From: Paraphysomonas bandaiensis
Lineage: Eukaryota; Protista; Chrysophyceae
NCBI GenBank assembly: GCA_965644295.1
Contig: CBFFRP010000464.1
Coordinates: forward strand, 1 to 45,154
Reading direction: 5' to 3'
DNA: 45,154 nucleotides
Shown here: positions 9,116 to 22,128 of the stretch, one piece after another
How positions within the stretch are numbered: position 1 is the first letter of the stretch
How the letters are laid out: the number at the start of each line of letters is the position of its first letter
Position numbers and translations under genes: made by a program
The notes under the pieces: generated by a model
Databases searched by the model: none
Seen by the model: the letters and a program-made list of their open reading frames with translations, nothing else
What the model was told of the DNA's origin: nothing

Positions 9116-9119
9116 AAGG

Positions 9120-9690
9120 TTCCTGGCTCTGAGGTACAGGGTTCTGTATTAAGGTCCTGAGCGTACCGAGCACTAGATGTGTGCACTGAGAGGTTGATGG
9201 TGTGGTGGAATGTGGCGGTGTCGCCATGCACCGTCTTGGCGTTGGGCATAGGTGGAGTTGCCGGAGACGTCGTCGCCGTTGTCTAGGGCCTGTTGGTGTC
9301 ATACGGTCCGGTCCTTTGCGTATGGTTGGTAAGGTTCATAGGTGCGGTGGGCGGTGTTCTAGTCTCGGTTCGTCTGTGGATTCATATGTCCATTCAGACT
9401 CATCAGAGGTACGTCGTTCGGGGTGTGATCGGACCCATGCTACTGTCCTTGTACAATCGTTGTTTGCTGCAATGCTTTCGAGCAGTACACCTTTGGCACG
9501 ATGCCCCAGTGCCCGACGTCTGGTGGAAAGGCTTCTCGTGTGCGTATGCAGACGACCTTACAGTCCGCGTTTATCGGTATGTGTGATGGGAGTCGCGCAG
9601 ACAGTATGAGCGCCATTGCTGCTCCCATGAGCTCGTATGCATACGGGCCAAGTCCAGGGACGTCGCTGAAGGGAGTTTTAACCTTCAAGG
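9120..9690 (-). mobile_element. Degenerate non-LTR retrotransposon fragment (RNase H domain)
   Basis: Minus-strand peptides 'AYELMGAAMAL...INADCK' and, after a frameshift, 'VAWVRSHPERR..SEWTY' match RNase H E/D/H motifs. GC-rich island. Confidence 0.6.
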
Positions 9691-10039
9691 AAAGGAAACC
9701 TCAACACAAACAAGAAGATTGTCCCGGAAGATTCTCAGACTTTTATGAAAGGTACAGTACATCTCTATTCCTGATAATAAGACATTCACTAGTCTCTACT
9801 GTCCTGCTCTCTCCATACTTCTGCCTCCTTTCCACTGCAGAACTACTGCTGCATTGGTTTGAACTTGCGACTAAACTTTTACATAAAACTTGATACTATC
9901 ATTGATGAGTTGACCAAAGTCATTGTCACATAATCAAATGAGATACCTTAATTACATGAATAGCATATATTGTCACTTTGTTGACACATCATAATACCAG
10001 AACCCAACTACAACTACGCTACCACTCAACCACATGAAA

Positions 10040-11991
10040 TTATTTTTCTTCCGCAATGGCATGCTCAAGGGGTGTAGATTCAGATGCCTTACTCTCATCA
10101 TCTTCCGCTTCCTTTATCATTGCCAGGAAGTCTGCATCTACCTTACGCAGTAGACGCTCCATCTTTTCATCCTTAGCATCTTTCTTGTCCTGCGCCTCTC
10201 GCGATCGAGCCTCTTGTTCCTGTGTGCGCTGGCGGCGCAGTTCCCGCTCTCTCGCTTCAAGGTTTTTCTCCTGCTTCATCTCACGCTCGAACATAAGATC
10301 AATTGCCTTGCGCTCATTGGACTGCGAGACAGCGAGGGACTCGCACACCTCAAGCAGAGAGACAGTGCCTGTAATATCTCCAACAGCAACAAGTCTACCA
10401 CCAGACTGCAGAGTGCCCTGTACAGCAATAGAGGAAAGCATCGAGTCACCGACTTTATGGGAGTAAGCGACCTCATTCTGTCGGTAGAAGTAATCCCATA
10501 TGTCCACTGCACCGTCCATTCGTGTAACAAAGAATACACCCGCGCGTGTTGGTGACCAGCACCCAGACGTAAGGTATGAGGAGTGGTACTTGGTGGTCAT
10601 TATTGGTGTGCGCAACTCCTCCATCCAAATGCGGGCAGTCCAGTCGCCAATAGTTAGGAAGCACTTCGAGTTGGCAGGATTGCGCTGGATTGAATAGATA
10701 GGACCATGGTGTTTACCCGGCCCTTGGTCAAACACTGTAATGCCGTTGTTTTGTTTGCGGTTCTTAAGGTTAACCATGAGCACAACGCCCTGCTCAGTGC
10801 CCACAAGGTACTTCGAAGGGCCTGCCTCAGAGTTATATTCTAGAGAAGACCCGCCGAGGATCTGTCCGCCTGCCTTCACGTCCGTACTGAGCATTAAAGA
10901 GTCCGTCGGCTCAGACAATCGACGAGTATCCCACCAGAGCATTTGTCCATCCGTAGACACAGATACACACTGATTTCCGGTCTTAGAGTTGATCCAGTAT
11001 ACGTCATAGACGGGGTCATGGTGAGACTTCTCGATCACGCTAGTGCTGTAGGGAACCGTCTCCTTTGAGGAACCACCTCCCGCCCGGCGCAAGTCATAGA
11101 ACGTAATAAGACCATTGTAACTGCCTCCCACTAGAGAATCCGTATTCTTCGGATTGAAACGCAGGCAGCAAAGGGGTGAAGGAGGAAGTAACTCAACATC
11201 TGGGGTATTAGGGTTAAGAATGTCCCACAAATAACTCTGGTGTGGCATTCGTGTATTCATAAATCGCGAATCCTGGAAGTTCAATATAGAATAAGAAACT
11301 GCAATTTTGGCTGGGGCAGAAGGATCAGGGTGCCAATTAATAGAGGTGGCTGTCCTTTTCACATCATTCGGGTCGCGAAATACAGCCAAACCCTTAGCAC
11401 TTGGAGGCTCACTGGAATGGTCGACTTCATCAGAATCAAAATACTCCTATAGACAGCTGTGTAAAAAACTACAAAACTGAAATTACTTTCCAGTACCTCA
11501 TAAATGTCAATCGTATTATTCTGCTTCATGCATCTAGCAATAACCGGGCCCAGCATTTTGACAGCCCCTTTATATTCTTCGTCTTTTTCAGCCTTCTTTC
11601 TGAACCTGCTCACATCACTCTGCTCAGTGAAGTCAACATCTTTGGGCCATCCACCCTCTACATGTCTCATGCTTGAGTTCTTTGTAATCAGTCTGTCCGT
11701 ATTGGCCTCATGCTCCGACCTGATCGATATGCGATAATAAGAGACAATATATCTTAACGGACTGACATCACATACATATGCGGGGCTGTATCGAAACATG
11801 TCACACTTGGATTTCGAACGATATAATTCTCTTGGTCGGTGTCAGTAACAGGAATAGTTTCTAGCACAGCGGCCGGTACAGCAGTGAAATTGCAGTGCTT
11901 TCCAAACTCTCTTCGCTGCTTCGTATATAGATGAGCCACCTACAACACGAGTTAAATGCATCATATCAATCCCACATATCCTAACCTCCAT
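10040..11991 (-). CDS. DNAI2: Axonemal outer-arm dynein intermediate chain 2 (IC2/IC69-like), multi-exon
   Basis: ME|VAHLYTKQRREFGKHCNF, HVEGGWPKDVD, QNNTIDIYE, WD40 repeats, SHHDPVY, FLTIGDW, DIWD. Three GT-AG introns in 11.4-12.0 kb. Confidence 0.9.
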
Positions 11992-12475
11992 ATTCTTGTT
12001 CTTCTTCTCCTATATGATACACCTAAGTATGTTCCAGGAGCTCTATGAGTATTGAATATGAAGGATGTGGAGCAACAGATGCAACGAGATCTCTGTATGC
12101 ATGTGTATATGCACATTTATGTATATGTATGTATGTATGTACACTCATCTGATACAAATCTTGAAACCGTCCGATCAACAATATACAGAATACACACTAA
12201 TACAGGTGGAATACATTGTTAGGTCAGAAAAGTATATCTTGAAAAGTCAAAATGAATTATACTGAAAATATATACTTTCTATCTTCTGTGTGGTTCTTGT
12301 GGAGTTGCAGAATATAATGTACCTACACACAGTACAGATATACAGTAAATAGGTATGGTATAGAAGTACAGAGCACAGAGGATATCACATATGGCCATAT
12401 GGCCCTTAACTAGACATACATACATACATACATGCATACCATCTAATCATAGTTCCTAACTCTCAACACATCATA

Positions 12476-13164
12476 ATGGATGCAATTAAAACCGCTTTCA
12501 TATGGCCTTTTCACACTCTTAAGGAATACAGTGTGCTTGTAGTGGGATACACTCTGGCTGTTGTTCCGGCTATAGTAAGACTGCTGTGTAGAGGGCCCAA
12601 ATCACTCACTAAAAACACGGATATATTTCATTTCCTGTCCAGACTTCCATTCGGATGCTCTGTATTTTCATCGATTATATATTTCATGGCACCGTATTCG
12701 AGCTCCATAGGTATGGACCGCTATGCTATGTATGATATACACTCCTCTCACTCTCTCCCTTATGTACAGGTAGCACAACACGCTGTTTACAAATAGATGA
12801 CGAAAAAATAGAGGCCGTGCTGACCATGGATGATCTTCCCTGGCTCAGAAACCCTTTCGGGTCCGTTCATGCTGTTGCCCTAACTAACTTGGGTGAACTC
12901 ACATCTGGTCTCTGCTTAGTATCTGCAATGCAGCATATCAAGGGACTCCGTGGGATCCCAGTTCGAATCGACACGGAGTACTTTAAAAAGGCTCGTGGCA
13001 GATTGATTGCTACGACAGTTCTCTCACTAAAAGAATTGAAGGATTCTCCTGGTGGAAACTTCATTGTTGTTGCCTATGTCATTGACTCCAGTGGAGTGGA
13101 AGTCGCAAAATGTTCGGTCACATGGTCGCTGAAAGCAGCCAAAGAAGAAAAGAAAAGAAAGTGA
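12476..13164 (+). CDS. Hot-dog fold thioesterase (DUF4442/PaaI-like), one intron ~12711-12769
   Basis: APYSSSI, NPFGSVHAVALTNLGELTSGL and EYFKKARG motifs. Confidence 0.8.
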
Positions 13165-14735
13165 CGAGTGTGACTGAACTTCAGTTCTCGATTTTTTTTG
13201 TCGTCGAGTTGTTGTGAATTTGTATATTTTTTGGTGAAATGAGATATTCGAGTAGACACCTGTAGTTGTGCATATTCGATATACTGCTGTCTTGCCCAAA
13301 CAAGCAATAGCAGTGTCCATAAATTCATGGGTACTTTAATTATTGGTGTTCGTGGAGCTAACGACCTACATGTATTAAGTGTTTTGTAATTCAATCGGAA
13401 TAATTGTAGACATATGTTTACAGAAGACACATAAAATACTGTTCTATGTGTGCCCATTTCTATCGGTTTTATTTCTGAAATACAACTAGATACTACCTTT
13501 GTTTGCTGCATGTAAAGAAATGTAGTAAGCATTAAATAACTTACTTGGTATGGAAATAATTTCATGAAACAAATGGATTATGATGGATGTGCAGATGTAC
13601 ATACTCTACATTCTACATATTCTTTGCATTAGCTACAGAAAGTTAATAAACTATAATTTATAAATAATATAACGCTTCAGTTGTTGGGTGTAGGAGGTAT
13701 ACGTATAACGGATTGGTAATCTTATGAGAGCTCATAAACAATGTAAACTCTTGAAAATGCGGTGGTAAGTATACTTCAACCTTCTTTGCAGCGGCCAAAT
13801 AGAGGAACAGATGCTGCAAGATCGCATAGAGGGTTTCACCCAGACTTCCGCTCAAAACACGTAGTAAGCAGCGAATCCAGCGAAGAAAACCGCCGGCTCT
13901 CCGATTGCTAGAAGTGACAAGACGTTTTGTACCCTTTACCCAACCTGCCCCAGGGTTCCATAATTTCTCCCTCTATAATTCCACCTTCAGCAACCACCAC
14001 TCAACCCACACGTCTCAGCTAGGAATCACAGCTGGGTGAATGAACACATCCCCTACTCTTTTACGCCCCCATACCCCACACCCCACACACGCGTACCCCA
14101 AAATAGACAACTCCGCCAGCTCTATTTACTTCTAGCTCTAATTATTGGCAATATACATCCAAACTTTTGTTAATGGGTTTGTACCTATGATCAGTAGCTA
14201 CACACCTTAAGATGCTATATATAATTTAGCTAGCCAATTAATTGGCAACAATTACCAATAATAATAATTGAACTTATCACTATTAAAACCAAGTAATTGG
14301 AAATTATTGCCAATAAATTGAAAACCAATTAATAGTTACGCACGCCTGTCAACAACTGCTTGACATTCTGTTTTGCTCTGGGTGTCCTACACAATGTTTA
14401 ATCGATAGATAACTAGAGTGCATAACACCACTTTTAATTACTGCATATATAACTGAAGATAATGAAACTGTTCCTGGTGATGCATGTCATTATATAAATA
14501 TCCCTTTCTTGACGCTACCAAGTCCATGACGAAACACGAGTGAAACCCACAATACACGTATCACCAGTCAGTCAACACTCGCTTACTTTGGCGGCGCTGA
14601 TGTAAGACACAAAACGAGTGCAAAATCATACAGGAATCCAACTAGTCGTAAATTTTTCTGAACTATCTCTACCAACATCCATTTTTTTCCTATCTACGGC
14701 CAACATCCTCCGTGTAAACACCATTAACTACAACT

Positions 14736-15802
14736 TTAGGAGAGATGGGCACTGGGGGCGCTCTGTGCTTGACCGGTCTCCTGTTGTGCCTGCTGTTGGG
14801 ATGGTTGTTGAACCTGGAGTGGTTGTTGCGGTTGTTGTGGTTGATGTTGTTGTGGTTGGTGTTGCTGTTGTTGTTGGGGTGGGTGCTGCTGTGGTGGAAG
14901 CTGATGATGGTGCAAAAGCTGTGGCCTCGAGATGGACTCCCCTCCAGGTGCAGCAGATGACGGTCGGAGGTGAGGTGCAGAGAGAGTGATGGGATGGGGA
15001 GATGTTTGTCGAATAAGGGCAAGAGGAGGGAGTGTATGCTGAAAATACAGATCACAAATATTGATAATAAATACGCGGTTCATGTTCACTTAACATATAT
15101 ATATACGCGGATATATTACACTCAATCAACATATCGTATGGAGGAGTTAAATAATGTACCTCACTCTTTCCCGGTGCCATCATAGGAGACCCGTGATCTA
15201 CCAAGAAGCCCATACCCGGAGGAATATCAGGCGCCTCGAAGGATGCAAAATTCGGAGAAATCATGGACTTGCCCTGTGCGGAATCCTTTTTGGAAGGCTT
15301 TTTCTCTGGTCGCTCACCCTTCACGGAATCCCGATACTTGGACAGATAAATCTTGAGTGGGTCCACATACTTATCAAACCCAAGCGTGCTCATAGCCCTG
15401 TATTAAGTTTCAACATTGCTGAAGTGAATGCTCAAAATAATCACCATAAAAGGTCATCCCCATTTATAGTCTTTCGCTTCTCCTGCTGGCACTTGTCACT
15501 TGCCTCGCTTGTAATGAATGATATGAATTCTGAAACACATTCCTGAATACTCTCCTTCGACTCTTTTGCTATCTTCGCATTATTTGGTAATACTTTTTTC
15601 ATAATACGCGCAATATTAGCAATTGGTAAAAATCTGAAATGATAATAAGAGCACAGCACCACATCACTATTAAGATGTACCTATCCTGCTCTCGGATTTC
15701 AACCTCCTTATAGGTTACCCCATCCTCCCTTCCATCATCCCCATGATCATCTCCACCATCTAATTGCTCTTCTGTATCAACCTCTAGATCCGGATCATCC
15801 AT
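14736..15802 (-). CDS. NFYB: Nuclear transcription factor Y subunit B (histone fold) with Q/P/H-rich C-terminus, 4 exons
   Basis: REQDR|[56 protein letters not shown]|[18 protein letters not shown]. Confidence 0.93.
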
Positions 15803-16554
15803 ATTGATTAACTTAATAACTACCTAATAAAATATATCACTATAATGTATATGATATACTCCGATCTTATTCAGACACACTCCACAAGAAAAAGAGAGAG
15901 AGTTTAAGTGGTATTGCAGGCCTGATAGTCCAACAGGAGATGCGTCAATTGTATATATACGAGCAATTTAAAGTAGTTGGTGCTGCGTATATGCCAATAT
16001 ACACACACATATTTGAAATACAGATGCCACAGTATACAGGTATATACAACAGCAGTATGTACAGCATGTATACATGTATGTACGTATGTACGTATGTATG
16101 TAGGTAGGTGGGTACGTATGTATATACGTATATATTGACTGTATTTTATGTATGGCTCCACATATGTACATATGTAGAAAAGTACTTGTATGTATGTACG
16201 ATTGTAGGGGTACAGAATTACAAGAAGTACGTAGTTGAGGTGGGAAAGAAAATAACCTATAGAAATACCTGTAGAGAATACAGTGTGGATTGAGGTCGTA
16301 AGTGTATGTGAAGGGAACACTGAGGTGGAGTGACGATTACGCTTTCTGACAATTTAACTGAATTTTTGATAGAATTGACATATGGGCTTCAAGATGGGAA
16401 GTAGACCCTTGACATTCCACATCAGTGTTGCGTCATAAGAGGTATTATAGAAGTGAAGTTGAGAACTAGTTTAGTTATGACGACCATCGGACTGTAGAGT
16501 CTTGTTTATAGCAATCAGATTATTAGTTAACACCTCAGTTAGAGATCTGGAGCA

Positions 16555-17091
16555 ATGAATATTGAGTTGGGTGGAAAGAATATATCACAGATTGGTAGCT
16601 CATATGGAAGCGATAGAACCAGAATGCGACAATACATTGAGAGATATCTGATGTCTCGCACATCAGCCGATCGTCTTCCACAATGTAAGCACAGGTTTCC
16701 ATCAATGGCTGCTAGATTGGAGCAATTATTGTATACAGAGGCTGCCTCTATTGAGGAATATATGAACTTACGCACTTTACACGATCGTCTTCGGTCAATA
16801 GCCTCTTGTGCCCCTATGTTTCGTGCTCGTCGGGAACTACAGCCTCGTCGTGTGATCACACCTGTAGAAACAGTATCTGTCAATAAGACAGCTTCCCCGG
16901 ACGACCCAGTTTTTGTTTGTGTGAACGAACCTTCTAGCTCTCTACAATCGCCGTCTAGCCAGTACATGGTCAAGAACATTTCGAATTCTCCCATTGAAAT
17001 GAGGCCAGCAAAGCGACCAAGAGAAGAGAGTGGCGCGCCGGTGTTTACAGTGAAGTCTCACAGGAGCGATACAACAGGCATTTGCCTGTAA
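16555..17091 (+). CDS. Hypothetical protein with KIX/Med15-like helical domain
   Basis: 'MAARLEQLLYTEAASIEEYMNLRTLHDRL' resembles KIX-like domains of plant/stramenopile CBP/Med15 proteins. Confidence 0.5.
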   Translation: MNIELGGKNISQIGSSYGSDRTRMRQYIERYLMSRTSADRLPQCKHRFPSMAARLEQLLYTEAASIEEYMNLRTLHDRLRSIASCAPMFRARRELQPRRVITPVETVSVNKTASPDDPVFVCVNEPSSSLQSPSSQYMVKNISNSPIEMRPAKRPREESGAPVFTVKSHRSDTTGICL

Positions 17092-17888
17092 AAATTGACC
17101 TCCGTAAAACTCCGTTATTGTTTTGTATCATAGGTTTAATGACATCAACTGGCACAAGCTTTCTCGTCATTTGTTGTCTCGTCGACATTTATATTGTTTT
17201 TTCTATCCTTCAAGTACGATTATTTTATTTCCATTGAAGTGGAACTTATAATAGCTTATGCCATGAATCAATCGTGTCGTGTGTCTTTAGAGAATACTTC
17301 GTCAGAAACGCGTAACTGGTGTCCGTAATAATCTGATGTCAGTTCAAGTAAAGTGATATGTTTGTATAAACTCCCGGTCGAGCGTACACGATGTCCTCAG
17401 TACTATATTGATTATGTATAATTGGTGATACTTAATGCTTAGTCTGATCATTTCTTCACATTAAGTATTAAGTATCATATGAAAGATAAAAGTAGTTGAG
17501 ATATAGCTAGATTAAATAAAAATACTACATACAACAACTAGTAATAAACATCAACATGATAATCGTATGAGTGTACGAAGTATATAGGATTTGCGAACAC
17601 CATTTCAAGGCGTAAATTCTAGCAAGAATAGGTTTACACGCCCATGCCTTGATAATGATTGTGCGGGTTTTCTCTTAATCAGTTACGATTTTCAATTGAA
17701 AACCATATTAAAAATTTTCCCTCAACATAGTCTGACTCGCACCTTTTCGTGGAGTTTTGGGGGAAAACTACCGAAGACATTTCTCCGGGAAACTAATGTG
17801 ATGAGCCGCATATATATGTAGTATATATAGTCAGCAGATATTATTCTGCCCACTCATAGTCAAACGCTTGATGGTACTAGGGACACAG

Positions 17889-20211
17889 GAAAAATTTAAT
17901 TTTGGCCCTTTTTGGCCCTCGGCCCGCTAGGGCCCTCGGCCCGCATTTGGCCCTCTACTACAACTAACAATAATAACAATAATTCTTAATTAAAAACACA
18001 CACAACACACACTACAACCACAAGCAACAATAACGCACAAAGCAAAGGGCAGTATTACGCACAAAGCAAAGGGTCAAATTTAGCAAGAGTTATTAATATC
18101 TTAAGCAAGAGCAACTTTATACCAAAACATTTTTCGGAGCTGGGGGCTCCCCACGCTTCGACTCTACGAGCCGGCGTCCACTGCCCCCAGGCCCCCGCCC
18201 CTAAACAACGCCGGGGCCGGCCCCACCGGCCCTATTCCGGCGTTTGGCGCCGGTCTGAGCCCTGCCGGCGGCAACACAGCATGTCTCAATCTCCTCGGTG
18301 AAAGCACAGTCTTCGGCTGTCACTGTAGACTCCTTGCCACATCCAGTGTATTTCACTATCTCCTCAATTGAAATACAATCATCAGTGGGTACATCGACAA
18401 CATATCCATTCTGCAGTCGGCACTGCTCGCGATAGCCAACGATGGACCCCTCGTAAAATCCAACTCTCACCACCTCGTACATGCACCCATCCTCAGGATC
18501 ATAGTGGCTCTTCCCAATCAAAAACTTGTATTGGTTGAGCTGCGCAAACTTAGTCCTTTGGACTGACCTGTCCATTTCAAATGCAGCGTAGTCCTCTGGC
18601 AATGTGAATTGCTGGAATGGCAGATGTTTCGGCCGGGATGCATGACCCCTGAGAATTTTGTTTCGAAGTTCGACGTATTCTTGACTTAGCTTCCGAATAG
18701 TACTCACATATAACACCACGGAAGGATGCGCAGTGGGAAAAGCCTCGTTCAGCTTTCTGTTAAACCTTTCCAGTGGATTGTTGGTTCTATTAATCAAGCG
18801 GGATGTTGATGACTCGTCTGTTACAATGCCATGCACATTCCAATCATTAGGATCGGATCCAGTTACAGGCTTGCCCTCAAAGTTCCGTTTGATAGCATTC
18901 ATCAGACCCTTCTCGAAATCCACTGAGCCATTGATGATCTCCATCATGAAATCTGTTGAGGCCTTACTCAAATAAAGAGCCATGGAATACACTTCTTCAA
19001 ACTTCGATTGCAGCAATATATAAAATACAGGAATGTATAGGGACGAGGCGTAGTCATATATCATAATTACTAGACACTGAGAAAATCCCTTTGGCACACA
19101 TTTAAAAGTACAGTCTATAAACAGATGGACCGGACCACCCTTTACAATATTGATTAAATCAGGATGTGCAAAGCCAATTATCTTCTGCATCTGATTGCTA
19201 ACATTGATTGAAGTATTGAACTGTAAAAATAGTCTCTCGTCGTCATCAGCACAGTTCACAAGCGGATACGACGATATAATTCCTTCCCAATCATTGAACT
19301 CTAAACGTCTACACTGATACACCAAAGCTTTGAGTTTCGACGTTTCGAGATATCTATATGGCATTCCTACCGAAATAAGCAAAAGAAAATGAAGTGAAAA
19401 CAGCAAAAAGAAAAAAATATCAATTTTCTCACCGAGCTGCTTATATTTCGCTCGCGTTGTTTCCGCAACTTCATTTGCAATCGCAATGGAGGACTTCGAA
19501 ACATCTTTCAACGCCATTGCTTCACAAAGTTGTTTCATTTCACCACTTGCGTCATATACACCTTTACAAAACGACGACCTCTCCTTGGAATTATCATCAG
19601 ATGTTGGTGAATCTGAAGGCAATATAAAGATGGCGGCACCACATTTGTGCTCCTCTTTCCCCTTTGAAATTATCAGTTTTTCATCAGATTCTTCTGCTTG
19701 CTCGTGAACAAGAATTGTCAATTTAGCTGGACAGCCACATGTTCTTCCTTTCCGGTGTTTTGAGCACCGATAATAACCCTTCAAATTTCCTAAATATATG
19801 GATCAGTGGCTTACTGATAGAGAATATATTATACCGAACCATCTTGAAGCCTCTTCCTCTGCTTGATAGTGTATCTGAAACCTTCCCACTGAAAAGTTGT
19901 AGGGAGATCATCGCTATTACAACTATCTTTTCTCCCTGATTCTTCTGAATTAGAATCATGCATTATTAATCGCCTGCTTGATGACAAAATTATTAATGAA
20001 TTTGTATTAAGTTTTCAAAAAGTCGAAATTAAAAACTAATCACATTAGTTTTTTCAAAACTCGAAATCTTTAAAAGACAATAACTGAAATAATATAACAA
20101 ATCAAAATCTTCAGGAGGCAAAAACTGAAAAAAATTAATTTTAGAGGGCCCGCGGGGGGCCGCGGGCCCGCGAGGGCCGAGGGCCCTGGCGGGCCGCAAA
20201 AAAACCTTATC
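17889..20211 (-). mobile_element. Mutator-like (MULE) DNA transposon, internally deleted
   Basis: Target-site duplication gggacaca at 17880-17887 and 20212-20219. Imperfect GGCCC-rich terminal inverted repeats. Contains a MULE transposase ORF. Confidence 0.88.
18201..19959 (-). CDS. MULE transposase (FLYWCH/WRKY-like Zn finger + DDE), with introns, probably defective
   Basis: YYRC..C.AKL..HKC; FIDCTFKCVP (D), VDFEKGLMNA (D), TNNPLERFNRKLN (E). The CxFH/helical insertion between D2 and E appears to be missing. An in-frame T-rich intron lies at ~19371-19432. Confidence 0.85.
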
Positions 20212-20883
20212 GGGACACAAATAAGTTTAGTCTTTATTATATTTGATTCACTCTTCCCATTCCTCCCGTTGGGAAGACCCCCAGACATCACGCGCCAGTG
20301 AGTCAAAGGACGCACAAGCAGGGCGAAACTCACAAACAAAATTTAGAACGGAAGTGGTTGCACCTTGGTGCTTGCGGCGACGCACAAGCAGCTTCTGTAG
20401 CTTTCAATAGTAGGATAATGGAATTTGTACGGATTAGTTATGGGTAGAGGTCTAGCTAGAATGACTAGCATTCAACTAACCACTATATTGGTACAGGTTT
20501 CTAACGCCTACTGCTAAATAAAAAGGCGTTTAATATATTCCTCCCGTTGAGGGAATTCTCAAAACGGTTTCTTACAAATTCTTATCCTGTGTAGATGTAG
20601 TCATCAGGTTACAGGTAACAGATATGGAACCATCACATTTATTATGAAGACCACGTCTGCATCCAATGAAGTTCCGCAGAACGCCATCAGCAGTATTATA
20701 ACTGTTCCCAGGTAGTGCAACCAATATGATTGGGACAGAATAATTATATCTTAAAACTCGAGGGTTTACTAGAAATATTCTACATTATATATTTTATGTC
20801 TATTTAGTACGTAGCATATATATCATTATTACAGCAACAGATAGGTAAACGTCGAAATATATATTATTCTCAACTTTGACGAT

Positions 20884-21750
20884 TTATGGCACATCAGTTG
20901 GGTTCCATGTCGAACGACAATCACAATGAAGTGAGTCCAGTGCATGCATATGGTCACCTGATATGCGTCCTACTAATTCCAAAGCTTCCAGGTTACTCTC
21001 GATATGGGTAGAAGAGGTACTCTTAGGTATCGTTATGACACCATGTTGAAGGCTCCATGCAATACATAGCTGTGCAGGGGATATCTGATAGACTGAGGCA
21101 ATATCTGCTATCTTCCTGGATCTCAAAACTCGCCCTTTAGCGAGGGGACAGTATCCCTCAACTTGGATATCGTGATCGATGCAGTAGGTCATAAGGGCCT
21201 GAGGAAATTGTAGAGGATTAAGTTCAATCTGATTAACCTGAGGTTTTATACTGCATGAGTCGAATAAACTTTCTAGATGTCTTTCCAGGAAATTTGATAC
21301 ACCAATGCATCTACATTTTCCACTCTCCAGCAATAACTCCATCTCCCTCCATACCTCTTGTCGTTTTTGCTTCACCTGTCGGGGGTCGCAGTATCCACCC
21401 CATAATCCTGGCCAATGAACTAAATACATATCCAGTACATCGACATTCAACCTGCTGAGAGTGTCACTGAAAGCTCCCTTAACATTATCGAAGTCTCCAG
21501 GCCATAATTTCGATGTTAAGAACACCTCATCTCGTGATTTTATAGTACCTCTACTGAGATGTTTAGTCAGTGTGTCCCCAACAACACTCTCTGTGCCATA
21601 TCTAGCGGCTGTATCGTACAGGCGGACTCCGTGCTGTAGAGAGACGTCTATTGCCCCTTCAAAATCCCCACCACCATTATGAGATAGCCCAAGACCATAC
21701 CATGGAATGGAAACACCATTGGATAATAATACAGATGATTCTGGATTCAT
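20884..21750 (-). CDS. Aldo/keto reductase
   Basis: DTAARYGTE, FLTSKLW, DMYLVHWP, IGVSNF, NQIELNP and IPKS motifs. Confidence 0.95.
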   Translation of the reverse strand: MNPESSVLLSNGVSIPWYGLGLSHNGGGDFEGAIDVSLQHGVRLYDTAARYGTESVVGDTLTKHLSRGTIKSRDEVFLTSKLWPGDFDNVKGAFSDTLSRLNVDVLDMYLVHWPGLWGGYCDPRQVKQKRQEVWREMELLLESGKCRCIGVSNFLERHLESLFDSCSIKPQVNQIELNPLQFPQALMTYCIDHDIQVEGYCPLAKGRVLRSRKIADIASVYQISPAQLCIAWSLQHGVITIPKSTSSTHIESNLEALELVGRISGDHMHALDSLHCDCRSTWNPTDVP

Positions 21751-22128
21751 AGTAGCTGTGTATGGTCAAGTGAAGCACTCCACTCTGAGGTAGCTATAGC
21801 ATGATAATCCACACACACTGCTGATATCAGAAGCCTTCTGCCACCGCCAGATATCAACAATTTTTATATTAAATTAGGATTTTAGGTATTTAGAATCAGT
21901 TTTCTCCATATTTTTCGTCATTTCCGTCGAGCCCATGAGGAACAATAAGAGAAAACCAATCAAATTGCTATATTCGATATTCATTCGATACTATGAGTGA
22001 TCAGGTCTGCTGCTGGTTTGGTGTGTGGATGTGCAGGTTGGTTATATACATACATGCATGCATATTAAACAGTCAGTTGATCTCATTGTGTGCACTTGTT
22101 GCAATAATAGCCCGACAAGGAAGTATTA

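Larger units (their letters stand above)
17717..20555 (-). repeat. Dispersed repeat family X, copy 3, split by a MULE (17717-17887 and 20212-20555)
   Basis: The left part matches copy 1 and the right part matches copy 2; core at ~20353-20401. The ends ttccctcaac/gttgagggaa form a 10-bp inverted repeat. Confidence 0.8.

Noticed and set aside
10056-11737. Numerous plus-strand ORFs over DNAI2 (and similar antisense ORFs over other genes)
   Set aside because: Shadow ORFs opposite well-supported genes, with no recognisable motifs.
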